The notes under the pieces are model-generated. The model was not told the origin of the DNA. It did not search any database and saw only the letters and a program-made list of their open reading frames with translations. The translations under genes and the position numbers were made by a program. DNA of 32,000 nt from Nitrososphaera viennensis EN76 (GTDB lineage Archaea; Thermoproteota; Nitrososphaeria; Nitrososphaerales; Nitrososphaeraceae), in contig NZ_CP007536.1 of the NCBI RefSeq assembly GCF_000698785.1, positions 570,001-602,000 on the forward strand. The letters are read 5' to 3'. The stretch's first letter is position 1. The number at the start of each line of letters is the position of its first letter. Below, in pieces: positions 1 through 7,094 of the stretch.

Positions 1-42
1 TATCCTTGCGGCAACCTCGTCTTCTGGAAGCGACTCGCGCAT
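1..42 (-). CDS. 5' end of a gene leaving the window (MRESLPEDEVAARI...); ScpB-like only by position
   Basis: ATG at 42-40 on the minus strand, 39 nt downstream of the scpA-like stop. Only 14 codons are visible, so the product is a synteny guess. Confidence 0.3.
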   Translation of the reverse strand, partial: MRESLPEDEVAARI

Positions 43-81
43 CTTGCTCTTTGGAAAAGCCGTGGAATTACTTTACTGTTG

Positions 82-825
82 CTATTGCTGTTGCTGCTGC
101 GACGGTTCTGGAAGTTTCAGGGTTATCCGGATGTCGTCAGAGTCGTCCTGCTGCTCGAGGTCCACCTTGCCCTTCATTGCGAGGTACAGCAGGGCGATAA
201 AGCAGCGCGCCATCTCGACCGGTTCCATCTTGGCCACAAGCGCCTTGAACATGGTCGGGCCGTCGGCGCTTACGATGTCAAATATCATGTCCTCGTAGCC
301 CTGGATTATCTGCTCGAATTTCACAAGGTACTGGTCAAAGTTGAACGTCTGTACCGGCTCCAGCTCCACCTGTTTTTTGCGCGGCCTTGGGCTTGCAAGC
401 TCCATTATCATGTTCTCAAGCACCTTGAGCAGGTCCTCGACAGATACGGGGTACGTGGACTCGACCCTGAAGGGAAGGTCAAGCGTGTTCAACTGCGGTA
501 TAGGGAGCTGCTGTTGCGGGTCATCGACGCCCTTTTTCTGCATCGCTATCTTCTCGAGCAAAAAGATGCTTTCCACCTTGAGCCGGTATATCATCGAGGA
601 CGAGACAGCCGCAATGCCGCATATCCTCAAATCCTTGTTGCCAGTCGCGTTTATCAGCTGCAAGAACAGTTCCAAAAGGCGGACAATGTCGACGTTCCAG
701 ACATCCTTGCGTATCACGGCAGAAGGGTTGAACAGGATGTTGAGAGGAGGCTGCGCTATCGTCTTTTTAGTATCCGGGACCTCGGACGGCGCTGGTGCTG
801 GTGTTGGCGCTCCCGCTTCCGACAT
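82..825 (-). CDS. scpA: segregation and condensation protein A (kleisin, ScpA family)
   Basis: 247-aa ORF. DVWNVDIVRLLELFLQLI and LRICGIAAVSSSMIYRLKVESIFLLEK fit the ScpA N-terminal pattern. The C-terminus is poly-Q. The antisense 298-aa ORF is a shadow. Confidence 0.75.
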   Translation of the reverse strand: MSEAGAPTPAPAPSEVPDTKKTIAQPPLNILFNPSAVIRKDVWNVDIVRLLELFLQLINATGNKDLRICGIAAVSSSMIYRLKVESIFLLEKIAMQKKGVDDPQQQLPIPQLNTLDLPFRVESTYPVSVEDLLKVLENMIMELASPRPRKKQVELEPVQTFNFDQYLVKFEQIIQGYEDMIFDIVSADGPTMFKALVAKMEPVEMARCFIALLYLAMKGKVDLEQQDDSDDIRITLKLPEPSQQQQQ

Positions 826-908
826 ATGTTCTCCTCTCCTCGCGGGTTGAGAGCGAAAAGTGCCTATAATACGTTATGGGTGAAGAAAAATTTGATTTTG
901 CGTCATCA

Positions 909-1778
909 TCATGCGGTCAGCCCGAGGTCTGCCCTGGCTTTTTCCAGGTCGCCTTCCCATACCCACAACCTGTAAGGGGGCGGGACTTTGTAGAAATCGT
1001 ACTTGCCGACAATCTTCAGGGCGGCAAGGTCAACGCAATGCCTCTGGAACGCTTCTTTGACGCCTTCCTCCGGACTTGCCGCATTTGCCAGTTTTATGCA
1101 CATCCTGTATTCGTATGCCAGAAGCAGGTCCTTGCCATATTGCGCCCACATGCCTTTTTTGCCGTTCCACGCGTCCTCGGCGCCGGCTATGAGCCTGTTC
1201 ATGTCGTCGTTGCCCGGCAACGAAGGATATATCGGAAAAGACGCGGCCCACCCAGTTTCAACCATCTCCAGGTTGAACGTCTTTCTCCGGGGATCGTCTT
1301 TTGGCGGCAGGGGGTCCCCTTCTTTTTCGCCGGCAAACCACGGAGAAATGTACGCAAGCATCCTGCCGTACCTGTCTATTATTTCCCCGGTGGGGATGAC
1401 TGCGGTCTTGCGCCTTTTCCCGTCAGGCAGGGCAAGGCGCTCTTCCAGCATGCGCTCAAACTCTCTTGATGCATCGTATCCTGCGCCTATGTGCCTTTGC
1501 GCGGCATCAGGCGTTATCCTTGACGCAAGATAGTCGCGCAATCCTGCGGCAAGATGCCCGTTGTAATATTCTCCCACTAGCCGCTGCCTGCATTTTTCCA
1601 GCTTTGGCTGGCTTGTTTCGGGCTTGCCCGCATATCCCGCTTTTTCCGGCGTATCGCAGGAGACCATCCTGACGGGCTGCTCGACGACGGGCGTGTCCCC
1701 GTCCGAGACTCTGTACAATTTAAGAGGGTTCGCTTTCCGGATTTGCCGATCGTAATCGAAATTGACAGTAACAGACAA
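909..1778 (-). CDS. staphylococcal-nuclease-like (SNase/thermonuclease) domain protein
   Basis: 289-aa ORF with RVSDGDTP, VSCDTPE, IDRYGRMLAYI and NLEMVETGWA, the characteristic SNase-fold motifs. Confidence 0.7.
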   Translation of the reverse strand: MSVTVNFDYDRQIRKANPLKLYRVSDGDTPVVEQPVRMVSCDTPEKAGYAGKPETSQPKLEKCRQRLVGEYYNGHLAAGLRDYLASRITPDAAQRHIGAGYDASREFERMLEERLALPDGKRRKTAVIPTGEIIDRYGRMLAYISPWFAGEKEGDPLPPKDDPRRKTFNLEMVETGWAASFPIYPSLPGNDDMNRLIAGAEDAWNGKKGMWAQYGKDLLLAYEYRMCIKLANAASPEEGVKEAFQRHCVDLAALKIVGKYDFYKVPPPYRLWVWEGDLEKARADLGLTA

Positions 1779-1972
1779 GGTAGTGAGAATACTATTCCAG
1801 TTTTGTAACCTTAAAGATTACCGAAGGAGATCGCATAGGCAAAGCCTCCGGACTGCAACCTGGGCAGGATCATTTTTTACAGTTGACTGTCACGTAGATG
1901 AAAAAAGATCTGATAACCGGCGTCGCTTAGTTTATTTTCCACTTTGCAGTGCCTGTTCTTGCAGAAGAAGGG

Positions 1973-2452
1973 ATGGTCAAGAAAAGGCAGGCGTCAAGGG
2001 CCATTGTAATTGCCGGCTTTGCGGCAATCGCGGTCCTTGTCGGCGTCATGGTCATGCTGCAGGTGTCAAGCGCCCAGAACAGCGAGTTCAAGCAAAAGTG
2101 GGACGCCATCGTGTTTGACTCCATCTCCCTGACGCAAGAGTACCAGGCAGAGGAGGGCAAATGGAAGGCAGGCCAGTACGACAACTCCACTATGGCAGGA
2201 ATCGTCGACAAGTACATGCCAAGGTACCAGTCGCTCATAGACAGGGCAAACGCGCTAGAGACGCCCGAGCGCTACACGGAGGCCCGCGGCCTGCTGGTAA
2301 AGGCGATACAGACGGAGAAGGACAGCAACGAGCATTTCAGGGAGTACCTGCTGACTGGCAACAAGGCCGAGTACGACAAGGCGCTTGACCTGTTCTCGCT
2401 GTCGCTGAAATACAGCGCAGAAGCCGACGCCGCCATAAAGGAAGCAGGCTAA
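1973..2452 (+). CDS. hypothetical protein with an N-terminal membrane anchor and a helical ectodomain
   Basis: The ORF is open from a GTG at 1949. The ATG at 1973 gives MVKKRQASRAIVIAGFAAIAVLVGVMVMLQV (a TM helix after a basic stretch). A TTTATTTT box lies at 1931-1938. Confidence 0.6.
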   Translation: MVKKRQASRAIVIAGFAAIAVLVGVMVMLQVSSAQNSEFKQKWDAIVFDSISLTQEYQAEEGKWKAGQYDNSTMAGIVDKYMPRYQSLIDRANALETPERYTEARGLLVKAIQTEKDSNEHFREYLLTGNKAEYDKALDLFSLSLKYSAEADAAIKEAG

Positions 2453-2494
2453 TGCCTACGTTTTAATTAAGGTAGCCAAGACTTTTCTTCCACT

Positions 2495-2569
2495 GGGCCC
2501 ATAGTTCAGCTTGGACAGAATGGCTGCCTGCGGAGCAGTTGGTCGAGGGTTCGAGTCCCTCTGGGCCCG
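2495..2569 (+). tRNA. tRNA-Arg: tRNA-Arg (anticodon GCG)
   Basis: Hand-folded cloverleaf. Acceptor stem GGGCCCA/TGGGCCC, D stem GTTC/GAAT, anticodon stem GCTGC/GCAGT with loop CTGCGGA (GCG at 2530-2532). T stem GAGGG/CCCTC with loop TTCGAGT, discriminator G, no encoded CCA. Confidence 0.9.
2554..2569 (+). repeat. att-like core copy 1 (AGTCCCTCTGGGCCCG), the 3' end of tRNA-Arg
   Basis: A 16-mer running from the T-loop to the discriminator base, repeated at 6241 and 19456 in the same orientation. Confidence 0.8.
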
Positions 2570-3084
2570 CTTTCTCTCATGCGACAATAATTCACCGGGC
2601 GAAGAACCCGAAGACTCGCTTTCGCATTCGTTTTGTGCAGTAAACAGCATGCGGTCCTGAGCGTTTCGCATCCGGTTTTGCTCAATGGCGATTTGCTCGC
2701 CGATCTCGTTTTCGGTTATTGGCGCGCTTCACCGTAATGTGCCTCTCTTTTGTATAAAAGCCCTCGGGAAAAGAGCAATCATACAATTCTATTAGAGTCA
2801 TATACTAATAATCAAGGGTCGCGCTTTTAGGCACAGTCGTCAGTTCTGTAGTTTATCAGAATACCGGATTGCCATGCGGTCTCGGCGCCGCCAGCACAGC
2901 CATAGGCACGCTCGATCGATCAAACATAACAAATCCTGCACTTGACGACTTGAAACGTCAATTTCGCCCAGTCTGCCACCATCATCTAAAGCCAAAGCGA
3001 GCCGTATGCTATTACTTCTTCTGACGAATGATTGAACTCTGCGCGAGTCAGCATTATGAGGTGTCATGTGGCTAAGTTTGGGGC

Positions 3085-3200
3085 ATCACGAACAACTTGT
3101 TCGGGCATGAAGAAGAAGATGCTGGCTCGCGCACCTCTTATACCAAAACAGGTTTAGGATAGCCCCCACCCTGTCAGAAGGCACAAATCTGGCAGGGGCA
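3085..3200 (+). repeat. repeat module copy A (conserved leader, GTTTAGGATAGCC box, then a 9-bp hairpin)
   Basis: Shares TCAC..AA..TTGTT..CAT..ATGCTGGCTCGC..CAAAACAGGTTTAGRATAGCCCC with 3700-3800. Hairpin arms CCCTGTCAG (3169-3177) and CTGGCAGGG (3189-3197). Confidence 0.6.
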
Positions 3201-3339
3201 GTTACGTCATACGTTTAGGCTATCAGGCGATGCGATTAGACGGTGTATGCGCCTGACAGATTTAGTTATGCGTTAATAGTAAAAATGACTTTCTTTCTCT
3301 AAAGACATACTATGCGTCAAAACGGTACTCTTGTACAAT

Positions 3340-3558
3340 ATGACTGCGTACTGGTGCGACATGATAACACCCAGAGAGATCGATTGCCCTGGCTGTGGCA
3401 AGCCGAACGAATATCCACCAAGTTCATGTCGTAATTGCGGGCTGCCACGAGAAGAATTCGACAGAATTGGGCAGAACGAAGAGGTCTTTACTAAATTAGG
3501 CGAGAGCTTGGCCACAAAGTCGGCTATTCGGCCAGACCCTCTGGCTCAGACAGCATAA
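3340..3558 (+). CDS. small zinc-ribbon protein (hypothetical)
   Basis: CPGCGKPNEYPPSSCRNCG is a CxxC-x12-CxxC motif. ATG at 3340 lies inside the ORF opened by a TTG at 3331. Confidence 0.5.
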   Translation: MTAYWCDMITPREIDCPGCGKPNEYPPSSCRNCGLPREEFDRIGQNEEVFTKLGESLATKSAIRPDPLAQTA

Positions 3559-3699
3559 GCGACATGTATTCTTTTGCGTTTAGGCACGGCAGTTTATTTC
3601 GCCGCAGACTTGAATAATTGTGAACGGTACGTTATTACCGTCGCTTTCGTTTAATATTGCGCGGGCCAGCATACAAGCAATTGTGGTTGACTTTCGGTC

Positions 3700-3800
3700 G
3701 TCACAAGGTTGTTTGACATCATATGCTGGCTCGCATCAAGTCAAAACAGGTTTAGAATAGCCCCTACCCAAGTCGGCGGCTACTGTAGCTTGGTAGGGGC
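3700..3800 (+). repeat. repeat module copy B (same conserved box, 11-bp hairpin with one bulge)
   Basis: ATGCTGGCTCGC at 3723, CAAAACAGGTTTAGAATAGCCCC at 3742-3764. Hairpin arms CCCCTACCCAAG (3761-3772) and CTTGGTAGGGG (3789-3799). Confidence 0.6.
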
Positions 3801-4529
3801 GATTTGCACATACCCTCTAGACCGGCGCGTGCGACGTTGCAGCCATACCCGAGCAATATGTGCGTACTTCTACAATTGTCGAGTTATTATGAATTTCTAA
3901 TACTGTTGTTGTTATTGTTGTTGTTCAAAGCCCCACCTGTGCCGGTTATGCAAAAGCACAGGCGAAGGGCATGACATGGCTTTCACTGGTTTTCGGGGAT
4001 ATGCCTTTCGTCGACTTGCTCAGGCATGGTTGCTGATGTAGTGCCTGACGGTAGACAATCAAAGTAACATTGTCTTTAAGGCTTGCTTACCTGTGAAAAG
4101 TGTATATTGTAATCAGAAATTATGGTCTTTTACCGGTAATTAGCATTACTTTTGTATAATTTCAAATTAGGTCATAGACAATTCTTTTTTTACCCAAAGG
4201 CGACAGAGTTCGGCGATCTAAATTTTGACCCAGACATGATTTATTAAAGAAGTCAGAATTAGATAGCGCCCAAGTCGTGTGATTGTCAAAAAAGGAGGTC
4301 GGGGCTTTGGTACCGCCCCAATGGCCTCTGCCCAGTTTCTGAATCCTCTGTGCCTGCATACCCCTCTGGACCCGTACTTTGTTCTGAACAGTGTTCAAGA
4401 TGCTTCCGGCCGTTGTTTGGCCTGCGACTAGGATGATAAAGGCAGACTAGGTTAGCTTTGACTTTTGCTCTTGTTCGCAGTTGTTGCAGCGAGCGTGTTG
4501 ATTGACGGGGGGGGACGCGCGAATGGCAG

Positions 4530-5000
4530 TCAACTTTTTCCAAAGTCCCAAGTCGAAAAGTAACTTGGAGTAATTTCCAACAGTACAGACTTGCCACTTT
4601 TTACAGTTTCAAGGATGAATTTTGCAGTCGGATGATCTACACTGCCAAGATATTTTGTCATTATCTTTTCAACTATTGACAGGTTATCCTTTGGATTTTC
4701 AGATATCTTTGCTTTCCCTTTTCCTTTTACACCTTTTACAGGCATAACTTCGTCATCGATGCAGAAATAGACTGTGTTTCTTCTTCTCACATTAGCTATT
4801 TTCCTTGAATCGATGTTGGTATTAACATAGATCTTATCGCTCCGAGGTTCGTAGAAAAACCAGACTGGATGCACATTTGGGTCTCCAAGATCATCTACGG
4901 TTCCTAGCCGGCAATTTTGTTTGCTGGCGGAAAGGAAGTTGCGCAGTTCCTGCTCATCCATCGGTGCCCCCATGCCAGGAGTCGCATGGATTATTTTCAT
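4530..5000 (-). CDS. pyridoxamine 5'-phosphate oxidase-like (PPOX / split-barrel flavin or F420-binding) family protein
   Basis: 156 aa. VHPVWFFYE, VYFCIDD, KGVKGKGKAKI and LEITPSYFSTWDF are clearly paralogous to 15595-16047. Confidence 0.8.
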   Translation of the reverse strand: MKIIHATPGMGAPMDEQELRNFLSASKQNCRLGTVDDLGDPNVHPVWFFYEPRSDKIYVNTNIDSRKIANVRRRNTVYFCIDDEVMPVKGVKGKGKAKISENPKDNLSIVEKIMTKYLGSVDHPTAKFILETVKSGKSVLLEITPSYFSTWDFGKS

Positions 5001-5039
5001 TGCAGCATATCACCTAGAAACAAAAGTGGATGTGGTAAA

Positions 5040-6095
5040 TCACGGCTTTGCCTCGAATACGAGATTGAATGGTGTCTGCGTAGCTCTGCGGAACTTTGAG
5101 AATCCTGCTTCCATTACTATATCTCTGGTCCTAGCCTCGCCTGCTTGAGCGCCTAATGCGGGCCCATTCTCGCTTAACGAAGATGGAACGCAGACTACTG
5201 TCGAAACAGAATAGGACAGCCTTCCCAGCGGATTCAGGTTATCCTCTACCTTGTCGTTGGCAAAGGGCTCTACTATCATCCAAGAACCATTTTTCTTCAG
5301 GGTTTGCAGCACGTGCTTGGCAGCTCCGGCAGGGTTACCCATATCGTGGAAGCAATCAAAGAACGTCACCAAGTCATAATCGTCACCGGGATAGTCTGTA
5401 GAGCCTGCAACTTCAAATGTAATATTTTTCAAGCCCTCCTTTTCTGCTTCCTGTCTGGCCCATTCAATCGATGGCCTATGGAAGTCAAAGCCTACGATTT
5501 GTGAGCTAGGGTAAGCTTTAGCCATCAGTATGGTTGAGGCACCGTGACCGCATCCTACGTCGGCAACCTTTGCACCACCATTCTTGAGCTTTGCTTCAAC
5601 AGCGTCTAACGCTGGGATCCAGCTTGAAGTAAGATTTGCAATATAGTTTGGTTTGAAGAACCTCTCTGTGCTTTGAAACAGGTAATGGTGATGGTCTCCC
5701 CATCCAAGTCCTTTACCGGTTTTGAATGCCTCGATAATCTTTTCTTCATCTTTGAAGAGTCCTGTTATTAGCTGATAGCCGCCTGCAATGTACGCCGGAC
5801 TATTCTCGTCTATCAGGGCGACGGCATGTTCTTCCGGTAGCACGTACGTCCCGGAATTAGCGTTGTATGTAACAATCCCGCCGGCAGCCTGAGCGGCAAG
5901 CCATTCTCTCATTATTCTTGGATGAGTACCGGTCTTCCTTGCCAGCTCTTCTGGCGTCAACGGTCCTGCACCGGCCATGGCTTTGAATAAGCCGAGCCTA
6001 TCACCCGCAAAGGTGAGCAAGACGCCCAGAGCCGCGCCCCATTCAGTCGCAGACTTTTCGATGAACTTGTTCAGCTTGGTCTTATCAGCTACCAT
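5040..6095 (-). CDS. class I SAM-dependent methyltransferase with an N-terminal winged-helix/dimerisation domain
   Basis: VADVGCGHGASTILMAKAYP is the SAM-binding motif I, with DLVTFFDCFHDMGNP downstream. The ORF opens at a TTG at 6128, and the first ATG is at 6095. Confidence 0.8.
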   Translation of the reverse strand: MVADKTKLNKFIEKSATEWGAALGVLLTFAGDRLGLFKAMAGAGPLTPEELARKTGTHPRIMREWLAAQAAGGIVTYNANSGTYVLPEEHAVALIDENSPAYIAGGYQLITGLFKDEEKIIEAFKTGKGLGWGDHHHYLFQSTERFFKPNYIANLTSSWIPALDAVEAKLKNGGAKVADVGCGHGASTILMAKAYPSSQIVGFDFHRPSIEWARQEAEKEGLKNITFEVAGSTDYPGDDYDLVTFFDCFHDMGNPAGAAKHVLQTLKKNGSWMIVEPFANDKVEDNLNPLGRLSYSVSTVVCVPSSLSENGPALGAQAGEARTRDIVMEAGFSKFRRATQTPFNLVFEAKP

Positions 6096-6240
6096 TTGTA
6101 TCCAAACCTCCGGAAATTCATGGAACAAAAAATTCGTTTTTTGTATTTAAGCAATTTTCCAGATCGTATCCAGATTGGATGTTAGAACTTCTTGTCTATG
6201 AACTCATTCGGTAGGCCGAACCCTCATTTTTCGAGACTCT

Positions 6241-6256
6241 AGTCCCTCTGGGCCCG
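6241..6256 (+). repeat. att-like core copy 2 (16/16 identical to the tRNA-Arg 3' end)
   Basis: AGTCCCTCTGGGCCCG, preceded by TTCGAG plus a 6-nt insertion. It lies 8 nt from the stop of the last Ehr-operon gene. Confidence 0.8.
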
Positions 6257-6263
6257 TTAAACT

Positions 6264-7094
6264 TCATGTTGCCTGCTTTTGCGGAATCCTGTCGACTGCC
6301 AGCAATAGCCCGTACAGTACCGCCTCCGGCCTTGGGGGGCAGCCGGGTATGTACACGTCGACCGGCACTATTTTGTCAATCCCGCCCGTTGTCGCGTATG
6401 TGTCTCCGAATATCCCGCCGCTGCACCCGCACGCGCCGACTGCGACCACGACTTTTGGCTCAGGTGTCGCCTCGTACGTCCTTTTCAGCGCCACTTCCAT
6501 GTTCCTTGACGCGGGGCCGGTGACGAGGAGCACGTCGGCGTGGCGTGGCGACGCGACAAAGTGGATGCCAAACCTCTCGACGTCGTAGATGGGGTTGTTG
6601 AGGGCGGTTATCTCTATCTCGCAGCCGTTGCACGAGCCGGCGTCAACTTCCCGCACCGCAAGCGACCGGCCCAGCACCTTGCCTATCTTCTGCTTCAGTT
6701 CGTTGCCTATTTTTTCAAATGATTCATTCGCAGTCGCTGTTTCGCCAAGCGATTCCACGAGCTCTTCCTTTTTCTTTGCAGGGATGGCAAACGCGCTGTC
6801 AACCTTGAACAGGGCCGGCGCCGCCTCCTCGCACCTGCCGCACAGGAAGCACTTGCCCATGTCTAGCGTTATTTTCGCCGGACCTTTTCCGTCCGCCCAT
6901 ATCTTGATCGCCTTGGACGCGCAGATCTCTTCTGCTTCCATGTAACTTTCCGGGTAAGGTGGCACGTTTGGGACGAGCGAGACCCTGCCGCGATAGCCCG
7001 GCAAGCAATGCATGTCCGATATCGGATCCTTGACGGTCTCGATGCCGTTGCCCATGATATCTTTGCTGGCGTTTGCGCGCTTTATGCCTATCAT
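6264..7094 (-). CDS. fused ferredoxin-like (HycF/NuoI-type) + NuoB/HycG-type small subunit of a group-4-hydrogenase-like (Ehr) complex
   Basis: The N-terminal half has ...EEICASKAI... and GKCFLCGRCEEAAP. The C-terminal half has GSCNGCEIE, ASPRHADVLLVTG, GACGCSGG and IPGCPPRPEA, the NuoB-type 4Fe-4S ligands. Confidence 0.85.
   Translation of the reverse strand: MIGIKRANASKDIMGNGIETVKDPISDMHCLPGYRGRVSLVPNVPPYPESYMEAEEICASKAIKIWADGKGPAKITLDMGKCFLCGRCEEAAPALFKVDSAFAIPAKKKEELVESLGETATANESFEKIGNELKQKIGKVLGRSLAVREVDAGSCNGCEIEITALNNPIYDVERFGIHFVASPRHADVLLVTGPASRNMEVALKRTYEATPEPKVVVAVGACGCSGGIFGDTYATTGGIDKIVPVDVYIPGCPPRPEAVLYGLLLAVDRIPQKQAT

Larger units (their letters stand above)
2570..6256. mobile_element. 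putative integrated element remnant / island segment 1 at tRNA-Arg (no integrase seen)
   Basis: Bounded by the intact tRNA 3' end and an exact 16-nt copy of it. AT-rich and ORF-poor, with accessory-type cargo. Confidence 0.4.

Noticed and set aside
79-975. 298-aa plus-strand ORF and other long antisense ORFs (for example 7703-8425, 8904-9743, 11078-11803, 12153-13145, 16316-16849, 17190-17759)
   Set aside because: All lie opposite strongly supported genes in GC-rich DNA, where stop-poor antisense frames are expected. Their sequences are R/A/H/P-rich with no motifs.
2456-2671. 71-aa minus-strand ORF running through the tRNA-Arg gene (considered as an SSV-type split integrase N-fragment)
   Set aside because: SSV-type integrases are split at an att site inside their own gene, so an ORF crossing the tRNA is suggestive. 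However, I see no recombinase motif and no matching C-terminal fragment near 6241 or 19456, so I treat it as spurious unless a search says otherwise.
3119-3157. Mini-ORFs MLARAPLIPKQV and MLARIKSKQV (at 3723) as genuine leader peptides
   Set aside because: They are conserved only as part of the nucleotide repeat and there is no evidence of translation. They are reported inside the repeat finding rather than as CDS.
3903-3926. Trinucleotide (GTT/ATT or AAC/AAT/CAA/CAG) runs at 79-105, 3903-3926, 22043-22060 and 31424-31438 as a repeat family
   Set aside because: They are short, in different contexts (a coding poly-Q, a coding poly-N, intergenic) and too simple to distinguish from ordinary microsatellite-like slippage.
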